Assembly (NCBI GenBank): GCA_964106645.2
Contig: OZ067041.1
DNA: 64,000 bases
DNA from: Podarcis pityusensis
Taxonomy: Eukaryota
Reading direction: 5' to 3' (one strand)
This document shows, in pieces, positions 13,280 through 27,554 of this stretch (position 1 is the first letter of the stretch; each line of letters opens with the position of its first letter). Below the pieces are notes generated by a model. That model saw only the letters and a list, made by a program, of their open reading frames with translations, made no database searches and was not told the origin of the DNA. Position numbers and translations under genes: made by a program.

Positions 13280-13782
13280 ACAGTACGTAGTCTTGGAATA
13301 TTGTGGGCACTGTTCTCTCTGCACTGCAAGTGAGGGCTTGCTACCTATGCAGAAGAAAGAGCAATGGCAGGAACAGAAGGATTTGATCCCATGCTGAGCT
13401 TTGTCCTCATCCTCATAAAGTTTAGTCAGTCTTACATCATCCCCATTTCCTTAACCAATCGGCTGCAGTCAATGATGTGGAGCTGAAGTGGGCTGGGAAA
13501 ACAACACAGGCATATCTGACTGAAAGTTGCAAGGAGAGGTAGGAGTTGACGCACAAATGCCATTTCAGCAGCAAACTTATGTCAAGAACACACCAAGTTC
13601 TGCTCCAACAGGATGCTCTATTGCTCTTGCTCTCAAAGGAAGAAAAAGTTATGATGGTCCCCCTGGTAGTGCTAAAACCAAAGTAAGGCACGAGAAGCAT
13701 CCACACCAAGCATTTCTCCTGTGCTTTATGGCAAACCAGCAACTCATTCATGCTTAGTGGCTTTCCCTTTCCTTTCTTCTAG

Positions 13783-13900
13783 GGAAGCAAGGAGAAACTG
13801 CTTCAATGACTCATCTCCATTATCATCTGAATGCCTTGCAGAAAGTTTAGATTCTAACTTGGTATATTTCTCAGTTTCTATGATTGTATTTTTAAGGTAG
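13783..13900 (+). CDS. CHODL: Alternative CHODL terminal exon (REARRNCFNDSSPLSSECLAESLDSNLVYFSVSMIVFLR*)
   Basis: Strong polypyrimidine acceptor ctttccctttcctttcttctag|G, phase 2 as required after the TM exon; peptide resembles the alternative C-terminus I recall for mouse Chodl. Confidence 0.7.
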
Positions 13901-14941
13901 AGCTAGGGATCCTGGCAACTCCTGTGATCTACAGAACGCTCTTCCAAGAAACTTTGGACAGGGACAGAATCTCCTCACCAGGGCTCGGTTGGCTTCATTT
14001 AGTTTGGTGGCCTTGAAATTATGTTGATCTATATCTATGGATATAGTTCAATCTATGCACTTGGTTCAGAACATATTTTTGCTACCTTTGTTCAGATGAC
14101 ATCCCACTCAAAGTGTCCTTTAAAAGCAGCAGTACTGGATTGGGAGTAACTTTTCCTTGCTTCATTCCATGGCACTGTGGCAAATTCTGAAGGTTTGGCA
14201 CAATGTGGTTGGGATCAATTGTGCTTTTATTATCAGATTGTTCCTAGCCCAACCCATGCATCTCAGACGACTAACAGTTGTATGGGAAGGACTCAAATGT
14301 ATTGCTAGGCTTTTAGCTGCAGTGCCTTTGAATGGAGCCATAGAAAAGAAGCTTCCACATTATGGATGTAGTGCCCTTAGGTTAGCTGAGAAATAAATGC
14401 ACACTGCAAAACTGGTTTCAAAGTATAACACTGCTAATGGTGGATTGAAGAAGGAAAGCCACTGGGCTGATTCAACAGCTATGGCTATTAACTACCATTA
14501 GGAATTTTTGACTCAATACAAAGAAGCTATAGATCAGGTAATGAATTAATGTACTGTAAGATAAATATGTAAAGTACCACACGAAGCTTACTGGATCTAA
14601 GCTTTAGACTTTAAGGTTTGCCTGAGGGTGGGCATAGATTTTGAGGATCATATAGATGATAGATCTGTGAGAAAGCACAGCATTGATAGGCTCATCTTGT
14701 ATACTTCCTTACCAAGAAAAACATCCTGTCGAGTGTGAGGTCACTTTCCAGCTGCTTAAGTGCATAATCTTTTTACAGTAGGCCAACCAAGCAACATTAG
14801 TAGCAGAGACCATTTGGAAAGCCTTTACAATTGTTTATTGTGCACCGTCACCCATCTTTCATTGCATACTTACATGAACATATGAAAGGAATAGATGAAT
14901 AATAAATGCATGTATATACAATTGTGTTTCTAATTTTCCAG

Positions 14942-15026
14942 TAAAGGAAGAACAAAAACCAGTCCGGACCAGTCTACGCTATGGATTTCTAAGAATGCAC
15001 GGAAAGACAGCAGCATGGAGGTATAG
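14942..15026 (+). CDS. CHODL: Chondrolectin canonical last coding exon
   Basis: ttttccag|T AAA GGA...GTA TAG; SKGRTKTSPDQSTLWISKNARKDSSMEV*. Confidence 0.95.
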
Positions 15027-15834
15027 AGATAAGACTGAAAAGAAAGCAGGAATAACACTTTTCCATTCAGGATCTATTATAATGTCATGTCAGATATTAG
15101 CTTGGAATGGCTTGGAATTGCAATGGATCAGCAAAATGAACTGGAAGCTCCCCCTTGAGGCAATTGTTCAGATCATTTTTATATGCAATGTTTGATTTTG
15201 AATTCAGTAGCAAAACATGGCACTCCAAAAGAAAAAAAAGAATGCATTTATTTTGCTATGGAAAATGACTCTGCTACAGATAGTAATGAGATGGAAAGAG
15301 CATTTGGAATATATATGGAAAAATGTCTACTGTATATGTCACTTCTAAACAGTCATTTCTAGTTTAAATTTTAACTCCCTCCTTGTTAGTTTCTCATACG
15401 TTGTATTGTCTCTTATTAATGGGTGTACTGTAAATTCAGTTAATATAAATTTACAGTGTAACAAAATAATTTATCTTTGCATAAAAATTTGATAAAAATA
15501 TTGACTGTAGGATTATTTATTTGAAAAAGGAGGTGATTTTACTGTTGTTCTTTGACTTACATTACTAAAGACAATTGGCAACGCTGTGCTATTCTGCAAG
15601 GATAAACTTCAAAACCATGGGGAAACAAACTGATGAACTGTAATGAGTACACTTTGGTAGCAAAAAGGGTATTTTGATATGCTTGTCCAGGGGCAACTTG
15701 AGTCATTCTGCCCATGGCAAGTTATTCATTCAGTCCTTGGAAACAAACAAAAAAAAAAGGGTGGGGGTGGGGGTGGGAAGGCAAAGATTGCTGTGCCAAG
15801 TAACTAGATTTTAAGAACAATTGTTGATGATCTA

Positions 15835-15844
15835 AATAAATAAA
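15835..15844 (+). promoter_or_regulatory. Candidate CHODL poly(A) signal (overlapping AATAAATAAA)
   Basis: Two overlapping AATAAA about 0.8 kb after the stop; usage not demonstrable from sequence. Confidence 0.4.
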
Positions 15845-16401
15845 TTGTCCCCACCTGTGTTCTGCTATGTCAGGAAAGTCAGAAATGTCCAGGGTCTAGT
15901 ATAAAGAAGCCAGTCACTGGCACAGGGGGAACATTTTGTCTCCTTGTTTTGGTGTTTTTCCTCTTTCCTGCACTGGGAGAGAGAAGACACTGTCCCAGTG
16001 CATCACAGTTTCTAGGTCACTGATCCTTTCAAGACCCTGGGAAGCACAACTGCTATTCAAAGGCAGTGGCAGTTGAGGGTGGGATATATGTGGCAATTGA
16101 GAAGAAGCTTATATGAACAGCTTCTTACAGTGCAGTATCAGAAAAGCACAACTACAGTCATTCTAATGATCCAACACCAATGGAGGTTGTTTAGGTATAT
16201 CCTTGCAGTAAGGAAGTGAAGCTGTGTGGCATTTTGACCTTCAGAAATGGATGGCTCTGCCAAAGTTGCCTGTTCCAGGAACATTTTTTTGACAGCTGAA
16301 ATCTCTGCTTCTACCTCAGCATCTTAAATAATACTTCAGGACTGAGATTTCCAGTAACCAAAATCAACAGAAGGAAGGCTTACTTGCAGCGTCTTCAGTA
16401 C

Positions 16402-16407
16402 TTTATT
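16402..16407 (-). promoter_or_regulatory. Candidate TMPRSS15 poly(A) signal
   Basis: AATAAA on - strand about 0.54 kb after the stop. Confidence 0.35.
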
Positions 16408-16940
16408 TGTGATGAGAAAGGCACAACGAAAGTTAAGCAGAGAGAGCAGGCATGAACAATATTCAGTACTACAAAAATACATTTTAAAGACTATGATTCC
16501 TTCATTGCAGGGGGTTAGCTTAAATGTCTCTTGGGGTACCTTCCAACTCTACAATTCTATGATGCTATGGTATACATGTCACAGTTGATGTTTCAGGGTA
16601 AAGAGGTGCATTTATAGCATACAGTGATCGATGAAGATGCAAGACACTTCTACCTCAGGAGAGAGTTCTACCATTTAGGGGCTGCCATGGAGAACGCTAT
16701 CTCCCGGGGTACCGTTCTTTGCACTTCTGAATGTAGTGCCCTTCTCTGCTGATCTTGTAGTCCTAACGGGACACTGTTGTCCTGTTAAGTTTCCCCAGGA
16801 CATACTTATTGTGGGGGGTGGAAACACAGGGGGAGAAGAGGCAGTGGAAGTTCTTCTGAACAAGTGGAAATCCTTGTAGTAATGGAGTGGCTTTGTTGAA
16901 CATAACCCTCTAGTTTTCCATATATATATATTAAATGGTG

Positions 16941-17114
<174 letters not shown>

Positions 17115-17672
17115 TTACATACATTTGTTTTTAATTGGAGACAAAACACTATGTAAAGCTAAAATGGGATTTGCTATGGCCTTCAGCATTCACTGAGATG
17201 CCTGTCAGTTATATGCAGTATTAACAGAACCCTCTGCATGAGCTTCTACTTTAAGCTAAATTCTTTGAGCCAGCATGAAAGTTGTGTCAGAAGGGTTTTT
17301 GTAAGCATTGGAGAAATAGACATTGCCTTTCTTAGACGGCAGAATATCTTTAGAAACAATCTGAGGATGACAGCAGCCCATGGCCTGCAATGCTATCAGT
17401 AGTTGCTTTGTATTCCCTTGGAGGTGACAGAGCCTAGAGGTTGTTGTTTCTCTAAATAAATTCAAGTATGCTAAGGTCATAAATGAGAAGAATTGAAAGC
17501 AGTATGATAATGATGATGTTGATAATGATGCTGTCCTTAAAGAAAGCTCCCTAGTTAAGTAATGCTTTTTCCATATATCAGTTATGAAATTATGATATAG
17601 AACATTTAGCACCATAAGTAATGATCAGAGAATTAAAAAATGTGCCTAATAATAATAATAATTTATTATTTA

Positions 17673-17885
<213 letters not shown>

Positions 17886-18157
17886 TTAAACATATGCATT
17901 GAATGAGCCTGATGCATAATGTAAAACAAGTTCTTCAAGCAATATTTTCATTCATTCTAACATTGCTCGTTTCCAACGGACAGTTTATAGATGCCTTATA
18001 CTGCCTGTGTTACCGTGCTAATAAATCCAGTGAAGTCTATGAGCAGCTAGCTTTCCATAATGAGTAGGGAGCTTCATAACTGCTGCAGGAAACAATGTAT
18101 ATCAGGTATTTTCTGCTGCAAACACATGAAGTGTGAAAGAAAAATATGCATGTGTAT

Positions 18158-18183
18158 ACACACACACACACACACACACACAC
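18158..18183. repeat. (CA)n microsatellite
   Basis: Visible directly. Confidence 0.9.
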
Positions 18184-20278
18184 CCCTATTTTAAATACCT
18201 ACATTTGGGAAACCTGAATAATTCATTTATAATTACTTATGTCTGTACATTTGGGGTTGCAGCAAGACTCTTAGAAAGTCAACAAGATGAGCTTGTAGCA
18301 GATGTGTACATTAGCATAGCTGTGATAATGCACAGACTGGCTTAAAGTTTGGACTAACATAGCCAGGTGGTCAGTCATCTCCTTTTAGTTGTTAAAAACA
18401 AAGATTGTCACAACTATTGACATTCACACAACTTGGGTGGTGTTCAGCTATGCTGTGATTCCTGCCTTACAGGGGATTGTACTAAATGACCTCGAGATCC
18501 GTCCCAACTCTTCAATTCTCTGATTCACATAGAATCTTAGACCCATTGAAATTAATTAACATGTTAGGACTGAATGGGGTGTCAAAAGAAATGCATTCAT
18601 TGTTGGCTTCCATTTTAGCTTCCATTTTACCTTCCATGGAAATGAGGTTGCTAGCTGGTCCCAGCTGCATCTCTGAGCCTTGGTAAAGGGTACCCCCCCC
18701 CGCCAAATGTTTGGGTCCTTACATGATTGCTCAACCTAAGTAGGTTTTGGTGCAGTCAGTACCTAGATGGGAGAGTGCCTGAGAACCTATGCCTCTTTGA
18801 GTTCCATGATCGAATACAAATGTATTAGATGAAATACTAATGTTCTATTAAACTACAAATAAGTAAGATATTTAAAGCCATAAAATTGTAAGAATGAAAC
18901 GCTAAGACTAAATCTAGCTGAATCCTAAGATCAGTTTTCCACAAGAATCTATGAAATTTGAAAGGGGGGTGGGCGAGAAATCACATTTAAATTTGTAGGC
19001 TGTTAACTGAAACTAAACTATTTTAAAACTGGCAAATTTATGTTGGTTGCACTACCAAAAGCATTCCATTTAATACTGCATAAAAATTTAGCCAAAATAT
19101 TTCTCTATAGAACAATGAAAATCATATTTAACTTTTTGCAACTCACAAATAATTCCTAAAGGATAACTGAATATCTGTTTGAAAATGTGTGACACATTCA
19201 AAACAGATTTATTGCGGCACAAGCTTTTGTAGACTAGAGCTGCCCTCAATTTATGGTTTTTATTGTTTGTAAACATCTATGTGTTTGCCAAATGAGGAGG
19301 ATACTTGATGCATCGAATGAAATAGGCTCAGGTCCATAAAAGCTAATGCGACAACAACTCAGCTAGTATTTTTAAAGTGCCAGAAAACTCTTTGCTGATT
19401 TATTGGTATCTTTAAATATAGCCCCTTGTTTATACATATAATTGAAAGCATAGGCTAGAACAGAGGACCTGTGGGCACATTTGCAAACCAGAGAAACTGT
19501 TGTGGGCACCCCTCCTGCAACCAAGCACACAGCACCACCTCTTCCATTGTCTACAATAAAATGCTTCTTTCAGGATGAACCTCAGTGGAGAGAGATACCT
19601 TGTGAATGACAGGGAGGGTCTTTGTAGGCACATGTGCATCTGCCGGTGAACCATGGTCTAGAAGCAGAGGCCAACATACAAACCAACATATCAGAATGGA
19701 AAAAATAACTTTCTTCTCCATGGAGCAACTTGATGGGATTGGTAGGCATTCGTGAGAAATGAGGCCTTATGTATTTGCATCATGTATTGATTTTCCTGAT
19801 TTCCTTAACCCTGGCCTTGACTGCATTCTGTCCTTTTTAACTGGTGCAGATCTATGCATATTGGTTGCAATGTGCATTACTTATTCAGGGCTAAACCACA
19901 TGCCATGCATTATTGAAAAGCAGTCACCTTGATCTGCTAATTTGATTGGAGCAGGTGGCTAAATTACTAATTCCTTGCACAACATTTTCCAGATAAAAAT
20001 ATCCACACCCAACCTGTTGTTTGCCCCACAGAGTAAAAAAAGGGCTTATCTTTTCTTCTTATGGCCCACACTTTGGTCCAACAGCTCTCCTGGGTGGGGG
20101 GGTATAATTTGTTCCATTGCAGCTAGTGCTATGACAGTTAAAAGAAAAATATTTTTCTGCATAGCAACATATATTTACTTCAAGTACCTTGTATTGATTG
20201 CATCATGAAAATACCAAAACACAGAGACAAAAAAACACAGAGAAAAAGTTCTGCTCTGGATTTTAATAGGGCCTTTTA

Positions 20279-20434
<156 letters not shown>

Positions 20435-20579
20435 TTATGTCCATTTTGTGATGTCATTATACAAGCAGCTCCTCCACAGCAATGAGTCCAGAATGCATCC
20501 ATTACTCAGGTCTATTTTATTATTTTTTTGGAAACATGTAGTATCTTAACTTTCCAAAGTTATTCCAGATTTGACTCTA

Positions 20580-20816
<237 letters not shown>

Positions 20817-21180
20817 TTACAAGGAATATTCTGAGTCAGAATCAACTGTGATCAAATAACAAATCTGAACAATTTGTGACATGTAATTTCTGTTAATTTC
20901 TACTTTTACACCACTTTGCACAATGTCTCAATCATTTGAATGCAGCTGGACCATGCAATGGGCTCTTACTGTATCATTTGAAATTGGTATGGAGGTCTGA
21001 CAGTATTGTTGATATAAACCAGAGCATGCCAAATTTTTACAAGATTCCCACATATTAAAATTGGAGAGACATATTATTTTAACACAAAAATTACACACAG
21101 CCTGAAAACTGAATAAGCAATCTGTTTGCTACTGTGAGAAAGGTAATCTAATATTGTGTCCTGCATACCACCCAAAACTT

Positions 21181-21783
21181 TGTGGGATGTAACATAAGCA
21201 GTCAAGTACAACATTTCCTGTCTGCTCAGAGTGGACACACGGGGATGGTACTCCAGCCAGGAGGACTTCCTGTCACACCTGGTCTGGAGCATCCTCCCCC
21301 TGTCTGTGACCAGGTAGATGGATGTGATCACGTGAGACCCTTTTAAAAGGGTCAGTCATGCAGCCATCTTCCTCTTTGACTCTTTTGCTGCTCTCTTCTG
21401 ATACTGATGCTTTTGCTGTCTGCTGGCTCTCAGCCATGAGCCCAATCCTCATATGGGATGAACTCAATCTCTATTCTGTAACTACAAGCCTGCCTTCAGG
21501 GAGCCAACTGTGAACTGAATGTGAGAAAATTTCTTATTACTTTTAAAAGAAGACTGTTGTGCCTTTATTCTTTTTAAGAGGGATAAAAGGGGAAATTACC
21601 AGGAATAACCCAATCTGGACAAAGCCAGATTGGATTGCTTAAGTAAAGAGATTCATACAAATATACCAACTAGCTGCCTGCAATACACTGGGGAATGTAC
21701 TCTGCTACTGACTCACTAGCGTGAGTGAGGAAGGATAATATTTAATCAATATATCCTCTCCTACTATCCACAACATTCCCACA
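21181..21783 (+). mobile_element. Solo-LTR-like element
   Basis: tgtggga ... tcccaca inverted ends (TG..CA); TATA-like ttttaaaa 21341-21348 followed by a pyrimidine-rich R-like tract; TSD not convincing. Confidence 0.5.
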
Positions 21784-21929
21784 AGCCTTCCCTCGGTCAG
21801 TTGATATTGGGACTATATTTTCCTTAATTGTATGAACTACAGTATGAACTGGACCAGTATATGACAGTGTAGTTCTACACCTTCCTGGGGATACCTCTGC
21901 CCATATTTGGTACCCATCTTTCTACCAGA

Positions 21930-22460
21930 TGTCAGGGACTGGCAGGGTTCCACTGAATGTGTGATGGAGGAAGGGGGCATAGAGGCTGACCCAGGAGAGA
22001 GGGCAGTGATTTATGAATTTTGGTGCCACCCGCAAGGCAGGAGCCAGGATTGAAGCAGTAAGAACTGGAGGAGGGGGACAGGGCATGTCAGAAATGGAGG
22101 TAAGAGGCAGTTTGGGTGAGGGACCTGATCTCTCCTGCCCCACTGCCCCCAATGGGAGCTTGTATAAAAAAAGCACAGGGACAACTTTCATGTCTCAGGT
22201 TGTGTCTGCGCACTCTGTCAGACAAGGCTACACAAACTGGGGTGGTGGTGGTCAGAGTGGCTTGGTCCCACAGTTGCTTCAACTACTTCACCCAGCACAA
22301 ACCTGGGAAAGTTAATGCTAGCTACGTAGACGCTAGAAGTATGCGTGCGTTTCTATCTGGTGCGCTGTAATTGTGTGCTTTTGTCAATAAAGAATTTACT
22401 ATCGGCTGCTTGTCTTCCTTGGCTGGGTGTGCACAGGACACCATGTCTGGTTTTACCACA
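21930..22460 (+). mobile_element. Solo-LTR-like element (Gypsy-like)
   Basis: Starts tgtcagggactgg; TATAAAA 22163-22169; AATAAA 22386-22391; ends ..CA at 22440 or 22460 (uncertain). Confidence 0.55.
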
Positions 22461-25146
22461 TAGTGAGGGATGATCCAACAGGGTGGCTTAATTTTTCAAG
22501 TCACACTTCAGCTTCCGCCAAGGAACTATGGTGCCTGGGGATACCTTTATGGAATACACCAAAATGTTTGTACATTGCTTTCATATTTAAGCAGCTTTTC
22601 AGATGAATTTAGATTATTTGTGAATAAAGAAAAATAGGTTTGATAGTTACAGACTTTAATTTAACCTGACTTACCACTGCCTGTATTTTGTGTCTCATAG
22701 CACTGGGAAGTGGGGTGTCATCAAAGAGGTAAGGATAACTGATGCACTTATTTCACTGCAGAGACATGATCACCTTCTAGCCCAGGACTATCTATTATGC
22801 AGCTTTGAGAAAAGAGGGGTCTTTTTATAGCAGCCAAAGGAAGAGGGCTCAGGAGTATATTATTGTGCTTTTATGACAAAGACTAAATGACAGCTTGGTC
22901 AGTGACAAATGGGGTGCTTGCTAATACCACTTACACTGCAGAGTGTAATTCATTGCTCTAGTGGTCAAACACGAATACCTTGGCTTATTTTGCCTTACAT
23001 GGATGGGTTGTATACTGGGCTGTGAAGCTGAATCTACCTTTAGAAGATATGAGGTCATTTCTTAATGACACCACTGGCAACATGTTGGATGAGTAATGCA
23101 GATACTCAAGTGATTCTAAATAACGTGGGAACATTTAGCCTGGTATAGCATATTTCATGTAGATAACTTTACATTAATCACTTGTTACTTGCTTATATCC
23201 CCTATTGTAACGGATGAGATATAAGGTTGCAAGTAAATTGAAGAATCATCAAACTGGATTCCATTTTTAGAAGTGAAGAGCTTTGACTGTATTAGATACA
23301 TTACAATAAATATGTTCACATTCTGATATACTGTACAAAGTTTTAGTAATATGTAATCTGATCAACACTGATTAAAAAAAATGAACTGAAATGAAAAATA
23401 ATCAGCAAAATGTTAACTATATGTTAATAATTTATATATATTTACATATGCACACACACAAATACATAAATACTAGAAGGAAATGCCTGGCACTGCCCAA
23501 GTATTTTTGGAAACCAAGAAATATTGTGATTTTTAAATGAATAGTGTTGAGTTTCTGCTTGTGATGCCAAAAACTGGGTGAAGTCAATCCACTGATTGTC
23601 TCCAAAGAACCTAATTTTGACTCCACACACACTTTCCCTTTACACCAAGATGACAATGCAGTTGCTTCTAATACTACCTTAGCAGTCTTTTATATCTCCT
23701 CCAAAACCATTAACAACTCATTAACACATCAGCTCATAGTGATTTCGGCCCCAGAGTGTAACTGTCAATAAAACAGACCTTGATAGAGGCAGCTAAAATA
23801 TCTAAAAGATTGAGAGACCTACATGATGTTGTGGAAGTATGCTATGTAAGTTTGCCTAGTTTTTGTTTTTTTTAAAAAAAACCATTCAATATGCCAGCAT
23901 ATCCTTAATTGCTAAGAAAAAGTTCTATGTTATTGTTAGAACAGTATGAATAAATACAACTGAGTAAGAATTGCCCAGAAGATCTTCATAACATTAATAA
24001 ATCTAGATGGAAAAAATCAAGAATTATAACTGATTATGGCTATTTTCAATCAACCTTTGGGAAATCTGCCAGAAGAATTTACACACTTCTTTTGTCTATA
24101 TAGCAGAACAATCTGTCTCTATGTATGTGCAACAGTGCTTTTTTGTATAGTTCTTAAATGAGCATTACACCAAGATGCCTGATAAAACCTGATTGAAAGA
24201 GGGGGCTGAATGTATATAATTCATTTTCACTAGAAAGACATTTTGGCACCTGAGGCGAACTACAAAATGGCACCTTCCCACAAGGGATGAAGTGGTGAAT
24301 GAATTTCTGCATTAGGAAAAAGGGGAGAATAAAAATCTACATTGGTGGGGAATCCAATCAACCTTACCCAAAGGCTGTCATGGGTGTGGGTGTGGGTGTG
24401 GGGAAAGGGCCCACTGAATCACACCAGGCAGGTGAAGATTCCAGGAGACCCCAGAGGGACATCTTCACCATTTCTTCCCTAGGGAAGGGAGGAAATCAGT
24501 AGTGTCTCCTATACACCAAGAGGCTGCTGGTAGCAAGGTGGAGGATCCAGCTGTAGCTATTGTTGCTGGAGCAGCAAGAGTGGGCCAGCCCTGACTAGAG
24601 CTAAGCTTCATCCCAGGAAACACAGCATGCAACAAGGATAATGAGCCCTTTGCAGCACCAGGATTAAATGTTGATATAATGAAATGATATAACATGAAAT
24701 TTCATATGATCCCTAACCCTGATCATTTATGTTGCTGAGTTTGAAGATTTGTCAGTTTCAAGGTCTAGGGCACCCCCCACTCCACCCCCAATGATCTAAG
24801 ATCAGAGTGACATGGGCTAAAACAGGTAATGGGGTCCTACATTGCGTCATGGCCATTTCCCCCAAGCCACATCAACCTGCTCTATACCTGATGCCATATG
24901 ACATCAAGTGTGGGACAAGTAAAGGCTGCAAAGAAATCTTTGGGAGCCTCAAAGTGCATTTTTGATATTACCCAGCAAGAAGGGCTGTTTTTGGTGTCAA
25001 AAACCTAGCCCGGCTGGATTTATGCAGGAGCTCTCAATCTGAGCTTCTGCAGTTGATTTCTGCATAGAGTGGTGCTGAGTTTTGACAGGAATATTGCAGC
25101 CCCAGCTTGAATTCAAGCCATGGCTGCAAAGATCCATCCTTTGCAA

Positions 25147-25292
25147 GCCCAGTTTAGCTCAGCTGGTAGAGCAGGAGACTCTTAATCTCAGGGTCATGGG
25201 TTTGAGCCCCACATCGGGCAAAAGAGTCATGCATTGCAGGGGGTTGGACTAGATGTCCCTTGTGGTTCCTTTCAGCTCTATGTTTCTATGAA
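25147..25292 (+). mobile_element. tRNA-Lys(CTT)-derived SINE with CR1-type 3' tail
   Basis: gcccagtttagctcagctggtagagc...ctcttaa...gtttgagccccacatcgggca head; tail gggttggactagatg...ttctatg; tail-only copies near 16500-16570, 18460-18530 and 50600-50680. Confidence 0.82.
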
Positions 25293-25432
25293 ATTAAAGC
25301 TGGGGTTACAAAGAATGAAGAATCAGGCGTGTACCTGACAAAAGTGGCCCCTGAAAGATGGGTCAGATTCATGTATCCACTCAACCCTGATTTTATGTTA
25401 GCTTATGGCTCTCCCCGAAATGGCAAATCAAA

Positions 25433-25566
25433 CACCATAGCTCAGTTGTAGAGCACTAACCTCTATGTGCAAAAGGTCCCAGGCTCATGCCCTGCTATGT
25501 CCCCATAGGGTTCGGAAAGACCCCTGTTTGAAACCTAGAGAACCACAGCCAGTCAGCGTTGACAAT
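25433..25566 (+). mobile_element. tRNA-derived squamate SINE (degenerate)
   Basis: A-box tagctcagttgtagagc, B-box-like region, body gccagtcagcgttgacaat. Confidence 0.6.
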
Positions 25567-25851
25567 TTGTTTATCTATTGAAAGTATTTTTATACCTCCT
25601 TTTATTTGAAATCACAATGCAACATAAAACAACATGCTAAAATTACAATAAAACAACAACATAAACAGAATCTAAATTAAGAAACAGCATCATACAGAAG
25701 CCAAGGAATGCTAAGTAAGATGCACCAATGGTCTGACTTGGTATAAAACAACTTCCTAAATTCCTAATTCCTGCTAAGCTATCAGAAGTAAAAATATTAT
25801 GACAACAAAGAACCAGGTACATATTACAAATTAAGGATAGAATTAAGCTTA

Positions 25852-26046
<195 letters not shown>

Positions 26047-26496
26047 TTAAAGTTAAATCCATGTCATTTGTGGGGCTCCAAATCTAGAAGGAAGTATAAT
26101 GACTTTCCAAAGTGTTGGAATTTCATTTGAGATTGCCTTCTTTATGAACAGTTTATGATCTCCAGAATTACCCAGAGCTACATTATTTGAGTTTACTATA
26201 CAGACAGATGTCAGAGACAGATACTTGGGGCAACTGCCCATAGTGGAAATCCCTTCTCTTAGAGCCTTCACATAGCATGAAGATGGATATTTTCTGGAAA
26301 CACTTAAAGATTATTTTATTTGTGCTGCCTTTTGATGTCCTAACTTAAGCTAGGATTTACAATACATTTTGCTCCTGTGAAATCTATTTTATACATGTTA
26401 AATATAAACAACCATATTGTTACATATAATATAGTAAGAGAAAATGTACGTGGTGCAGGCATTATGTGTTAAACTTTTGAATGTTCATACACTCAC

Positions 26497-26546
26497 GTTT
26501 ATTGTTGCATTGCAGGTGAATCACTGAATTATTGAGACAACTTGCC
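26497..26546 (-). CDS. TMPRSS15: Enteropeptidase exon 20 (SRCR end)
   Basis: ttctag|G GCA AGT TGT...AAA C|gtgag; ASCLNNSVIHLQCNNK; 50 nt, phase 2-1. Confidence 0.9.
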
Positions 26547-27245
26547 CTAGAATGAGAACACAGTAATTGTATTTAAGCTGTTTAGCGAAAACAGATTTTC
26601 ATTACCTGTTGGAACACCATAAGGTTAGTGACATGGTGCTTCTCACCAGATAAATTTAATTTTTTTTGTTTAAAATATGCAAGTATCTTTAAGGATTATG
26701 TAAAGTCTACACGGCATAATCTACAAAAAAGCCACCCCAAACCCTGTACTTCCTTAATCATTAGTATTAGGAAGTATGCACATTTTACAATAGTCTATAG
26801 ACTCTCAGTACTCTAGTAAGAAAACAGTATTGCTTTCTTATATGTTTACACAGTCATTTGCCACTAGAGATCAGTGTGACCAAAGATTTAAAAATGTTAG
26901 CTTGCTAGGAAGTAATACCTACATAGATATAACTCTGCTCTGTCAGGACTATCTTAGCTTTGCTCAGAAGACTGAGAGATATTTGGTCAAGAAAAAAAGA
27001 AGATAGATTCCAGAGCAGTAAAAGACCACAGATCAAAACAACTCTATTATTTCTGTGATCCAGGGGCTTGAAGAATATTTCATTAGCCTGCAATTCATCT
27101 GAGCCCCAGAAGCTGTGACTGTGCCATTAGTTAACACATCACAAATCAGTAAATATCAACAAGCATCATGGATAAAAATGTGCAGATAAATAGAAGACAA
27201 CTGCACAAATGGAAAAAAAAGAATGCACACAGTGAGAGACTAGGG

Positions 27246-27554
27246 CAGGGGTAGGCAACCCAAGGCCCAGGGGCCGGATGTGGCCCAATCGCCTTCTCAA
27301 TCCGGCCCGTGGATGGTCTGGGAATAAGCGTGTTTTTAGATGAGTAGAATGTGTCATTTTATTTAAAATGCATCTTTGGGTGATTTGTGGATCCTGCCTG
27401 GTGTTTTTGAATGAGTAGAATGTGTCCTTTTATTTAAAAGGCATCTCTGGGTTATTTGTGGGGCATAGGAATTTTTTCAAAATATAGTCCAGCCCACCAC
27501 ATGGTCTGAGGGATGGTGGACCAGCCCACAGCTGAAAAAGGTTGCTGACCCCTG
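27246..27554. mobile_element. hAT-type non-autonomous DNA transposon
   Basis: TIR caggggtaggcaacc / ggttgctgacccctg; 8-bp TSD gactaggg / gactaagg; internal ~70-bp tandem duplication. Confidence 0.88.

Larger units (their letters stand above)
8923..15026 (+). other. CHODL: CHODL gene span visible in window (coding exons 2 to last; exon 1 lies upstream)
   Basis: Spliced exons give a C-type lectin domain, a stalk, a TM segment (LIYVVIPTIPLLLLILVAFGTCC) and the tail KGRTKTSPDQSTLWISKNARKDSSMEV*, as in vertebrate chondrolectin; convergent with TMPRSS15. Confidence 0.97.

Noticed and set aside
25147-25219. Functional tRNA-Lys(CTT) gene
   Set aside because: Stem and T-loop mismatches, no T-run terminator, and it runs directly into a CR1-type tail, so it is a SINE head.
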